A stretch of 64,000 nt of DNA from Planctomycetota bacterium (GTDB lineage Bacteria; Planctomycetota; UBA8108; SXIK01): the NCBI GenBank assembly GCA_965223265.1, contig OZ244999.1, forward strand, positions 8,352,001-8,416,000. Reading direction: 5' to 3'. The position numbers and the translations under genes were made by a program. Positions within the stretch are counted from its first letter, which is position 1; every line of letters begins with the position of its first letter. The notes under the pieces were generated by a model. It was not told the DNA's origin. It worked only from the letters and a program-made list of their open reading frames with translations, and did not search any database. Below are positions 56,101 to 64,000 of the stretch, piece by piece.

Positions 56101-58977
56101 GATTACGAGCTTCTCCACGTCTCCGGGAACGTTAAGCTCATCGAGGTTTCGATCGAAGCGAACCACGTTCCGGAGGTGACGCTTTCGGCGCTAGCGGTCT
56201 GGGAGCACGCGCTCTTCAGCGACGAAGAGCGCGTCCGGGTGCCACCGCGAGAGAATTTTCTCACCGTCGACGTCACGTCCGATCGTGAGGAGTACGAGCC
56301 GCGCCAGCATGGCCGATTGAAGGTGACGACGCGCGACCATGAAGGGCGACCGACGTCCGCTGAGGTGTCTCTTGCCCTCTTCGATGCGTCGATCCTTTAC
56401 GTGCAGCGGGACTACGCCGTTGACCCGAGGCGATTTTTCGTTCCCAGCAGGCGATGGGTCCGCGGCACGATGCGATCGAGTTTTGGTGAACTTTCTTACG
56501 TACAACTTGCTCTCGACGATCTGCGGGCCCGCGCCGAGGAGTGGCGGCAAGAACGGTGGGATGTGTTCCATGAGTCGGACGCCGAGGGCATGGAGACTAC
56601 TCAGTTGGCCGCAGTGGGGGAAGGCGACGCGGTCGAAGTACGTACCGATTTTCGCTCGACGATTGCCTGGCACCCGGCGATCGTCACCGACGCGAATGGC
56701 GAGGCGACCATCGACGTCTCATTCCCCGATGCGCTGACGTCGTGGCGAGCGTCGGCACGCGCTGCGACCGACGGCAATCGCTTCGGAGTCGCCGAGACGA
56801 CGACGCGCACGAGCTTGCCGTTGATCGTGCGGTTGCAAGCACCGCGTTTCTTCGTCGTCGGCGACAAGGTCGTCCTGTCGGCGGTGATCAACAACAACAC
56901 CGACGCGCCGCTCGACGCCACAGCTGCGATCGAGGCGGACGGACTCGAGATTCTCGGTCGCTACGCTGCGGACGAGGTCACGAGCGCCGAGCGAACTGCG
57001 AGGATTGCCGTACCCGCCGGCGGGGAAGCGCGAGCCGATTGGCTCGCGCACGTCACCGAGCCGGGGACTGTACGCGTGCGCGTGCTCGCACGCAGCGACG
57101 GCAACGCCGATGCCATGGAGAAAACGTACACTGCGTATGAGCACGGCATCGAGAAGTCGATCGCCCAGTGCGGAAAGATCCGCGGCGATGACGTGACGCT
57201 CCGGTTTCAGTTGCCCCAGCACCGCCAAGGTTCGTCGCGGCTGGATGTCCAGGTGACGCCGAGCTTGGCAGTGGCGATGCTCGATGCGTTGCCGTATCTG
57301 ATCGACTATCCCTACGGCTGCATCGAACAGACGATGAGCCGTTTCTTGCCTGCCGTGATCACGCTGCGCACGCTGAAGGGGTTGGGGCTCGATCCGATGG
57401 ACACGGCCGCAAGAGCGTTCGGTGGCATTGGGGAGGAATTTCGAGACAAGACGCACGGCGGCGACAAGCAGTACCTCGGTCGTCTCGACGAAATCCTTCA
57501 GCTAGGTCTCGACCGTGTGTACGCTTCCCAAAGTGGCGACGGCGGCTGGGCCTGGTGGCCAGGGGGAAGAAGTGATCCTTTCATGACCGCCTACGTCGTC
57601 TGGGGGCTGTCACTGTCGGCTGAGGCCGATCTTGACGTGCGGGCTGAGGTTTTGGACGCGGCGCTTAAGTTCCTCGACCAAGCGGTCGTAGAAGCCGAGT
57701 CGAGTCCTGACCTTGCCGCGTGGATCCTGCACGCACTCGCGCGCGAGGGTCGGCGGCGCCAGCGCGGTGAGATCGGGCGATTTCAGAAGCGCGCGTTCCG
57801 TGTTTTGTGGTCGCAGCGCGATCAATTGAACGCGTACACCCGCGCCTTGTTCGCGCTGGCGGCGAAGGATTACAACCTTGAAGGTAGGGCACGCGCTCTC
57901 GCGCGTTCGCTGACCAACGGTGTTCAACGCGATGCGACGCCTGGCACATCGGTGCTGGGTTCCGCCGGTCAGGTATCTTCGCACAGCGCCTTCGAAACGG
58001 CACACTGGGGTGACGCCGACGGCTACGGGACTTGGTCGAACGGTGGCGTTGAGGCCACGGCCTTTGCGCTTCGCGCCTTGCTTGCGATTGATCCCGGGAG
58101 CGAGCTCATTGAGCCGGCGTCGAACTGGCTCCTGCAGAACCGCCGCGGCGCGCACTGGTCGAACACTCGCGACACCGCGATCGTTGTCCTGGCGATGAAC
58201 GATTACCTGCAGCGCAGCGGCGAGCTCGAGACGGAGCTTGAGTACGAGATTCAAGTGAACGGCCGCGCGATTGCCCGCCGCACGGTGTCCCCGGCCAACG
58301 TGTTACGTGCCCCCAGCGTCTTCGCGGTGGACCCCGAGCTCCTCCGCCCACGCGACAACGTCGTCAAGATCGTGCGCCGGAGAGGCCGCGGCCCGCTCTA
58401 CTTCTCGATGACGGCTCGCTTCTTCTCGCTTGAAGAGCCGATCGAGCCAGCGGGAAACGGGATCTTCGTGCGGCGCGGGTACTATCGCATCGTCTCACGC
58501 CCGACTCTCTTGAAGGGACACGCTGACGACAGAGTGGAGCTGGGCGACGGCGAAACCGTCTCTAGTGGCGAGCGCGTCGAAGTCGTGCTCACGATCGAGG
58601 CGAAGAACCGCTCTGAGTATCTTGTTTTCGAGGACCTGAAACCGGCAGGATTCGAGACCGTCAGGGTGCGTAGCGGCGCGTCGCTCCGCGCCCGCGAGCT
58701 GAGTGTCCGCGGCGTCGAGGTGCTCGAGCGGCGTGTCGCTCCCAGCGCGAGTGACTACACTGGCCGCACGCGGCGGGTGCACCAGGAGCTAAGGGATCGC
58801 AAAGTAGCGTTCTTCATCGACCAACTCGAGGGCGGAGTGTGGGAGCTCAGATACGAGCTGCGCGCCGAGGTGCCAGGTGAGTTTCATGCACTCGGTGTGC
58901 TCGGCCATGCGATGTATGTGCCGGAGATTCGATGCAACAGCGCCGAGGTGCGCGTTGGCGTCGTAGATTCGGAGTGA
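53170..58977 (+). CDS. Bacterial alpha-2-macroglobulin with helical N-terminal extension
   Basis: DRPAYRPGETV; EEYKLPEF; VRTDF; FPDALTSW; PRFF..GD; YPYGCIEQTMS thioester motif; WSNTRDTA; YELRAEVPG. Confidence 0.93.
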   Translation: MNAIRADRHRASCFSSLTLLVSVAAFVFCCIAKAEDSSADYADLMRRAETLYAEGSYARARDLYLETAGAFELAGAARRWVEFRVLDCQWRSLAGTERRDTTRSEHPRSELAVLAGAAKRTEDRDRIWAEIQESLGDYHRQPQLHDWQQAWGHYAKALEWWAGSSDLDAARQRYLKIVFDAASDDGYRFEADKKARSELLAALENAAQIAVTPAERATARFRLATVLKSEEEDSDEEEDVEDGRWAQAEEADDRFQRIRRVAREFEAVLAEKFASEWYDDALFLYAEWLSDQGDVVRDDEGSWSIVPNHKKALSLLRRLRAEYDKGETRFYYRARNLIERIAKPSLSVSVASFFLPDSEIQYHVRSRNLDAISFALYSVDLTADVPAHSQQGYWLSRIELARRQAVAEWSETTGDQGDHRVLRLSFRLKTKLKPGAYVLEATAGGIQGRELLLVSDASLVVKTSPSGVLAYFCDVITGAPIAGAKVTLLAAHPKTPRIWESSARATNSDGIATFAVTSTPRRYRFFAARHGSRQAFVRLHDSELGALPARWKIYAYADRPAYRPGETVEWKMIARLEKDGQLSTPSGKEVAYEIRGPSGNQIFAGSCKLNSFGSYWDRLELTEPMQLGEYRIMFRDGRNKRRRFGGATLFRLEEYKLPEFKVAVTTPEENGRRKVFQLGDEIDVKVAADYYFGGPVAGADVEVVIYQRPLETSWQPQREFDWYYAPAPRWRDWGGTANAIERRRMKTDATGRAVVKFRTRRSGDHDFEYQLEARVVDASRREIIGSTSLRVARHPYSVHLRPEHSLYRPQDKVSVVIATRAAEGSAVSASGRLRVMREGNVTRENNGESRGDRKERSPSGAHGTESRALGVVPRQVILETSVTTDASGEATVTFVAPRDGYYRIAWRSFDDRSGPIESEATVWVATESTRNLGHRAGGVNIVLDADSYRTGDTVPVILSVERPNSYVLFRVEADDLYDYELLHVSGNVKLIEVSIEANHVPEVTLSALAVWEHALFSDEERVRVPPRENFLTVDVTSDREEYEPRQHGRLKVTTRDHEGRPTSAEVSLALFDASILYVQRDYAVDPRRFFVPSRRWVRGTMRSSFGELSYVQLALDDLRARAEEWRQERWDVFHESDAEGMETTQLAAVGEGDAVEVRTDFRSTIAWHPAIVTDANGEATIDVSFPDALTSWRASARAATDGNRFGVAETTTRTSLPLIVRLQAPRFFVVGDKVVLSAVINNNTDAPLDATAAIEADGLEILGRYAADEVTSAERTARIAVPAGGEARADWLAHVTEPGTVRVRVLARSDGNADAMEKTYTAYEHGIEKSIAQCGKIRGDDVTLRFQLPQHRQGSSRLDVQVTPSLAVAMLDALPYLIDYPYGCIEQTMSRFLPAVITLRTLKGLGLDPMDTAARAFGGIGEEFRDKTHGGDKQYLGRLDEILQLGLDRVYASQSGDGGWAWWPGGRSDPFMTAYVVWGLSLSAEADLDVRAEVLDAALKFLDQAVVEAESSPDLAAWILHALAREGRRRQRGEIGRFQKRAFRVLWSQRDQLNAYTRALFALAAKDYNLEGRARALARSLTNGVQRDATPGTSVLGSAGQVSSHSAFETAHWGDADGYGTWSNGGVEATAFALRALLAIDPGSELIEPASNWLLQNRRGAHWSNTRDTAIVVLAMNDYLQRSGELETELEYEIQVNGRAIARRTVSPANVLRAPSVFAVDPELLRPRDNVVKIVRRRGRGPLYFSMTARFFSLEEPIEPAGNGIFVRRGYYRIVSRPTLLKGHADDRVELGDGETVSSGERVEVVLTIEAKNRSEYLVFEDLKPAGFETVRVRSGASLRARELSVRGVEVLERRVAPSASDYTGRTRRVHQELRDRKVAFFIDQLEGGVWELRYELRAEVPGEFHALGVLGHAMYVPEIRCNSAEVRVGVVDSE

Positions 58978-59020
58978 CCACGCAATCCGGAATGAGTAGG
59001 TGCCGTGCTGGCCCGCGCGA

Positions 59021-59686
59021 TCACAAAGGCCGGCGGAGGCGGCGCCAGCGGTACCAGTAGAGAAAGAACACACCCGGGCCGAAGGCGCAGAGCATGACCG
59101 AAAGCCCTGTCGCCAGGCCTGCGAAGGTCAGAACCCCGGCGCAGCAGTAGTCGCGCGAGCGCGCGACGATGTGCGTCGGCACGGCGACTAGGAGTTCGAG
59201 GATGCTGCCGCAGAATAGGTAGCGACACTGCCGCGCGACGAAGTGGCGCGGCCTCTCGGGCGAACGAGCGCCGAAGAAGAAGACGCAGGCCCAAACGATC
59301 CAGGTGAGAAAAAAGATGTTCACCGCCGCGATCCAACCGGCGTCCCGGGTCTTCTCCTGGACTTGGAATTCGTAGAGCGAGAGGAAACCGCCGGCGGCGA
59401 GGAGGCCAATGAGAAAACCGGTCGTGACGATGGGCCACAGGAGTGAAAGTCGACTCACTGGGCGACGGCTCGCGACCTTCACCGGCACCACCAGAAGCAG
59501 TACCTGACTGAGGACCAAGACCCCGAACGGCCCCCAATAGCCAACCGTAGCGTAGACGACGAACACGTCGCCAAGATTGCCGATGCTCCCCATCTCATCG
59601 AGGAAGCCGATCGCGATCACCGGCACCGTCAGGAGAACGAGAAGCAGGCCGTAGAGGCCGACGACGATCACCGCCCAGTGCAACAT
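59021..59686 (-). CDS. Conserved membrane protein (about 6 TM)
   Basis: Hydrophobic segments; GSILELLVAVPTHIVAR.R.YCCAG..TF.G...G..VML..FGPGV.FL; start estimated. Confidence 0.7.
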   Translation of the reverse strand: MLHWAVIVVGLYGLLLVLLTVPVIAIGFLDEMGSIGNLGDVFVVYATVGYWGPFGVLVLSQVLLLVVPVKVASRRPVSRLSLLWPIVTTGFLIGLLAAGGFLSLYEFQVQEKTRDAGWIAAVNIFFLTWIVWACVFFFGARSPERPRHFVARQCRYLFCGSILELLVAVPTHIVARSRDYCCAGVLTFAGLATGLSVMLCAFGPGVFFLYWYRWRRLRRPL

Positions 59687-59856
59687 TGGCGCATTCCCCG
59701 TTGTCGCTTCCTTCCGAGATGAAGCCGCTACCGCATCATACGTCATCGGGTATGCAAGTGAAGCGGGCTCGTTCACAAAACAGCCCATGCCGTGCCGCGG
59801 ACTTTTGACATGCTTTCGCTTACCGTCCTGCCTGTTGAATACCGTATGATCCACTT

Positions 59857-61773
59857 ATGAAACTCATGAAAGATTCGACCGCCACGACGGCGCTCCTCAC
59901 GCTTAGCCTCGTGGTTTGGACTTCCCACGTTGCATTCTTGGCGGCTGACGACCAAGCCCTCGAAGTCGCCCCGGGCCACAACCTCCTGACGGAGAGCGAC
60001 GCCGGTGAGCGCGCAGTGCACGTCGGCACCGCCGTCAGGCCGATCACGTTCCGCGACATCGCCGGGAGCGGTTATCGACTCGAAGAGCTGACAGAGCGGG
60101 GCCCGGTCGTCTTCGCCTTTGTCTCCAGCTCTTGCCCGCTCGCGGGGCGCTACATCGAGCGTCTGAAGCGCCTACACGCAGAGTTTTCGCCACGCGGCGT
60201 GTCGTTTTTCAGCGTCCACTCGAGCGCTGAAGAGACGGAAGCGACCGTCGGCAGTTTCGCAGCTGCCGCAAACTTCCCATTTCCCACGGTGCGCGACCCT
60301 GAGGCGTTCATCGCCCTACGCCTCGGTGCTACGATGACACCGCAGGTATTCGTTGTCGATCGCGAGCGCGTCCTTCGCTATCGCGGTGCGATTGACGATC
60401 ACCGCTACGAGACGCGCGTCAAGAAGCGCTTCTTGGCGTCAGCACTGCGCGCCGTCGTTCGAGGCGACAAGATCGAGCCGGCGTCGACACAGACGATGGG
60501 CTGCACGCTGCATTTGCCGAAGCCGGGCGGCACCGGAGAGATTACTTACACGCAGCACATCGCAGCGATCCTGCAAGCTCACTGCCAAGACTGCCATCGA
60601 CCTGGTGAGGTCGCCCCCTTCGCGCTTTTGAGCTACGACGACGCCGAGCGCTGGTCGAAGGAAATCAAAGCCTACACCGCGGCGCGCGTCATGCCGCCAT
60701 GGAAGGCGGCGCCGGGCTTCGGAACTTTTCGTCACGATCGTAGCTTGGCGCAGCGTGAGATCGATCTGATCGCGGCGTGGGTCGATGGCGGTACGCCGCG
60801 TGGTGAACCGCAGCACCTGCCGCCGCCGCGTGAGTTTCCTGAGGGCTGGGCCCTGGGTGAGCCGGATTTGGTGATCGAGATGGCCGCGGAGTACCGTGTG
60901 GCGCCGGAGGGCGAAGACGACTACCGCCACTTCGTCATTCCGACGCAGTTCAGCGAGCACAAGTTCATTCGCGCCGTCGATGTGCAGCCAGGTAACCGCA
61001 AAACGGTACACCATGTGATCGCCTACGTCGACACGAGCGGCGTGGCGCGGGAGCTCGACGCCGCGGATGAGGGGCCCGGTTACTCTCGTTTTGGTGACGT
61101 CGGCTTCGAGGTCGCGTCGGTTCTGGGCGGCTGGGCGCCCGGAGATCGCCCGTTTGTTTACCCACCGGGCACTGGTCGCTGGCTGCCGAAGGGCGGCGAC
61201 GTCGTCCTCCAAGTGCACTACTATCGCACCGGTGTTTGGGAGGCTGATCGGACGCGGATGGCACTCTACTTCACCGAAGAACCGGATCCGATCCCCGTGC
61301 GCTGGGGCGTCGCGATCAATCAGGAATTCGAGATCCCACCGGGCGCTGAGCGTCACGAAGTGAAGGCACGATGGCGCGTGCGCAAACCGATTTATGCCCT
61401 CGCAGTCTACCCGCACATGCACCTCCTCGGACGTGAAATGAGGGTGACAGCCCAGCTTCCCAACCAGAGCTCACGGCCGCTCGTCTGGATCAAGGACTGG
61501 GATTTCAATTGGCAGGGAGACTATTTTTTCGACGACTTGATCTACCTGCCGGAAGGTACTGTCGTGGAGGCCGTCGCCTACTACGACAATTCGCAAGGGA
61601 ATCCGAACAATCCTACGACCCCGCCGCGCGCTGTCGGCTGGGGTGAGAAAACGACGGACGAAATGTGCATCGCGTTCGTTTCGTACCTTGATGCCCGCCA
61701 GTACGAGCGTAAGCAAGCGCAGAGACAGCGCCAGGAAGACGACAGAACCTCGGCGCGCTCTTCGAGCCAGTAG
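59857..61773 (+). CDS. Redoxin - cytochrome c-like - copper type II monooxygenase-like multidomain protein
   Basis: SCPLA...GATMTPQVFV...YRGAIDD (redoxin); CQDCH...MPPW (heme c); VHHVI, QVHY, PHMH and DEMC (Cu ligands). Confidence 0.85.
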   Translation: MKLMKDSTATTALLTLSLVVWTSHVAFLAADDQALEVAPGHNLLTESDAGERAVHVGTAVRPITFRDIAGSGYRLEELTERGPVVFAFVSSSCPLAGRYIERLKRLHAEFSPRGVSFFSVHSSAEETEATVGSFAAAANFPFPTVRDPEAFIALRLGATMTPQVFVVDRERVLRYRGAIDDHRYETRVKKRFLASALRAVVRGDKIEPASTQTMGCTLHLPKPGGTGEITYTQHIAAILQAHCQDCHRPGEVAPFALLSYDDAERWSKEIKAYTAARVMPPWKAAPGFGTFRHDRSLAQREIDLIAAWVDGGTPRGEPQHLPPPREFPEGWALGEPDLVIEMAAEYRVAPEGEDDYRHFVIPTQFSEHKFIRAVDVQPGNRKTVHHVIAYVDTSGVARELDAADEGPGYSRFGDVGFEVASVLGGWAPGDRPFVYPPGTGRWLPKGGDVVLQVHYYRTGVWEADRTRMALYFTEEPDPIPVRWGVAINQEFEIPPGAERHEVKARWRVRKPIYALAVYPHMHLLGREMRVTAQLPNQSSRPLVWIKDWDFNWQGDYFFDDLIYLPEGTVVEAVAYYDNSQGNPNNPTTPPRAVGWGEKTTDEMCIAFVSYLDARQYERKQAQRQRQEDDRTSARSSSQ

Positions 61774-61833
61774 GCGCGTTCGCCCCGGTGCTCACACGCC
61801 GTCGTCGCGTCGCCACGGGTTGAGTCGAAGGAA

Positions 61834-62604
61834 ATGGATCGAAAGCGTGGCCGTCGCGTAGCAGTGGTGTTGGCTCTTGGCGCTCTGATCGCAGCTGCAG
61901 CGTCATGGATGGCGCTTCCAGGACGTTTTCTAGAATGGTACTACCGGGACGACTTGTTTGCTGCGATCCGCGCGCGGGACCCGGCAGCTGTTCGGAGCCT
62001 CTTGGCTCAAGGCGCCAGTGTGGATCTCCCCGACGCGCGTGGTCGTACACCGGTGTTCGTCGCCTCGGAGCTCCTGGCTGATGATGTTGTCCTCGCGCTC
62101 GTCGAGGCGGGCGGAAACGTCGATAGCGTCGATGCGGCGGACACGCCTGCTTTGGTGGCGGGGTGCCGTCGCCTACACCGCAGCGCAGCGATCCAGCGCA
62201 GCTCTCTTCGTAGCCGCGCCAAGAAGACCGTGACCCGATTGCTGCGCAGTGGAGCGAATCCAAACGCGTGCGACGCGCAAGGCGTCACAGCACTCATGCT
62301 GGCGGCATCCATCGGCTACGCTAGCATAGTTTCTGACCTGCTCGAAGCCGACGCCGACGTGGACTTCAGGGACGAGCGCGGTCGAACCGCACTCCACTGG
62401 GCTGTCGAGGCCGGTTGGCCCCACGTCGTGCAGGTCCTTCTCATTCATCACGCCGACCGCACCGCGGCCGATGACGAAGGTCGTACGGCACTCGATCGCA
62501 TTGGCGCCATCGGCGACGTCGACAAGCGACAGCGTGTGCGCGATCTGCTCGAGAGTTGGTCGCCACCAAAGCGGCGCCTGCCACCGGGAAGAGGGGCGAG
62601 ATGA
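61834..62604 (+). CDS. Ankyrin repeat protein with N-terminal membrane anchor
   Basis: GRTPVFVA, GVTALMLAA, GRTALHWAV and GRTALD repeats. Confidence 0.88.
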   Translation: MDRKRGRRVAVVLALGALIAAAASWMALPGRFLEWYYRDDLFAAIRARDPAAVRSLLAQGASVDLPDARGRTPVFVASELLADDVVLALVEAGGNVDSVDAADTPALVAGCRRLHRSAAIQRSSLRSRAKKTVTRLLRSGANPNACDAQGVTALMLAASIGYASIVSDLLEADADVDFRDERGRTALHWAVEAGWPHVVQVLLIHHADRTAADDEGRTALDRIGAIGDVDKRQRVRDLLESWSPPKRRLPPGRGAR

Positions 62605-62770
62605 AGCGTGGCCTCGTTCCCGCAGATCGTCTTCTGAGTAGAAGGCACAACCCCGCGTGACGCCAGGAACGCGACCCTCAGAAGACTCACATCCTCTCTG
62701 TGGCGTCTGGTTTTTCGCTGGCTACGCACACAGGAGGTCGTGCGCTCTGCGTTGGCGCTGGGCGCCAGGT

Positions 62771-64000
62771 TTATCTTGCCGCCGCTGTCTCTGCCTTCGC
62801 CTTGGGCGGAAGACCCAACATGCGACGGAGGTCGTTCTCCGCGATTGGCACCGATGGCACCCCCCGCTCTGGCACCTCTGCCTTGGTGATCCAAACAATG
62901 GCGTTCAGCATCAGCGTGCGGAAGTCATCGTGCGCGAAGCTCCACAGGTAGTGGCCGCCGGTGAGGCCGAAGCCACGCCCGCCGTCCGGCCGTTCGGTGG
63001 CCCACGCCAGGTGCTGCGGTTGGCCGAGCGTCTTGCGGACGTGAGGGTTGCCGCTCCTTGGGCCGTCTTTGCGCTTCAGTGATTCAGGAGGTGGCACGGC
63101 GGTCAAGATCGGCGTGACCCGATCCATGTTGTCGCGAAAGCGCATGAAGTAGTACCACTCGTCGTTGAGCGTGAACGGCTTGACGCCGCGCGTGATCGGG
63201 TGCGCCGGTAGCGACTTGATCTCCGCCGTCCAGTGTGGGTTGACGGACCAATTGAGCTCGAAGTAACCACCCAGCCAGTCCAGGAAGTAGTTCCCCGGCT
63301 CACCCTTTTCGATTTCGACGGCGAAATGAATGCAGGCCAATCCGACGCCCTTTTTCATGAGCGCGTCGACCTCGGCGGCATGACCCTCGCCAGCAAAGAT
63401 CGGATGCCTTCTACTCGTGCCGTCGCTATAGACGACGATCGCGTCAGCGTTGTCGAACGCCGTCGGATCGTCTGGCCAACCGCCGGCGTAGAGCACCGCG
63501 TCGATGTTGCGAAGGCTTTCGTTCAGCGCCTTGACCATCACCTGGCACCCGGCCAGAAACTCGTGCTCGCCACGCCCATGGCTCGCTCGCCCAGCGACGA
63601 AGACAACCTTCTTGCGATCTGGGAGCTTGAGGCGTTTGAGCCGAATGTTGCGGAACTGCACTTTCATCGGCGGTCCGGAGTGTAGCTGCAGCGCCAAGAT
63701 TCCACGATCGCGCCGGTCAAGCGTTCCCATATCGATCACGTCGGACATGATCTGTCCGTTGATCTTGTGGATGAAGCGATTGCCGCTGGCGATGATGTGA
63801 TACTCGTTCCAGTCGTCTTTGCGGATATGACCTTGGAGCGCCGCGCCGTCTCCGAGGCTGCCAGTGACCTGACGCTTCTTCCCTTTGTCGTAAACGATCG
63901 TGCGCTCGCCACGTTTTGCGAGGATGCCGCGGCCGCGTTCGTGGTAGTGGGCACCGGACCAGACATCGCCCGCTTCGAGGTCGGCCTGGTAGCCGGCGAC
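62771..64000 (-). CDS. DUF1080 + ThuA-like domain protein (5' end beyond the window)
   Basis: Frame open to the window edge: VAGYQAD...DWNEYHIIA.GN...INGQ...GILALQLHSGPPMKVQFRNIRLK, then FVAG..SHG.GEHE...HPITRGV...DEWY...TGGH. Confidence 0.85.
   Translation of the reverse strand, partial: VAGYQADLEAGDVWSGAHYHERGRGILAKRGERTIVYDKGKKRQVTGSLGDGAALQGHIRKDDWNEYHIIASGNRFIHKINGQIMSDVIDMGTLDRRDRGILALQLHSGPPMKVQFRNIRLKRLKLPDRKKVVFVAGRASHGRGEHEFLAGCQVMVKALNESLRNIDAVLYAGGWPDDPTAFDNADAIVVYSDGTSRRHPIFAGEGHAAEVDALMKKGVGLACIHFAVEIEKGEPGNYFLDWLGGYFELNWSVNPHWTAEIKSLPAHPITRGVKPFTLNDEWYYFMRFRDNMDRVTPILTAVPPPESLKRKDGPRSGNPHVRKTLGQPQHLAWATERPDGGRGFGLTGGHYLWSFAHDDFRTLMLNAIVWITKAEVPERGVPSVPIAENDLRRMLGLPPKAKAETAAAR

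Overview
GC-rich bacterial chromosomal window. It is most likely from a planctomycete: secreted enzymes with C-terminal dockerin-like domains, DUF1080, sulfatase, HEAT-vWA and redoxin-Cu-monooxygenase proteins all point that way, though the taxonomy is inference. About 45 CDS are mostly metabolic or secreted: fba, ilvD, galM, cinA, ispH, a selenocysteine NAD-linked formate dehydrogenase, alpha-2-macroglobulin and a DUF4011 helicase-nuclease. The intergenic space is dense with selfish DNA: (i) an intact IS1182-like element plus three non-autonomous relatives, all at gene 3' ends; (ii) a 4065-bp five-gene DDE/AAA transposon with TIRs and a 6-bp TSD that splits an RbsD/FucU gene; (iii) a 208-bp MITE inserted twice into GAGACA-type microsatellites; (iv) a 180-bp palindromic element. 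The best candidate for an undescribed system is 18381-20231: two convergent, diverged (about 50% aa identity by hand count) cassettes. Each consists of a microsatellite array, a conserved structured non-coding leader of about 170-180 nt, a 107-aa four-helix-bundle (Avd/IVP-like) gene and a 3' hairpin. No rRNA, tRNA or CRISPR array was seen. All calls come from reading the sequence; no searches were run.
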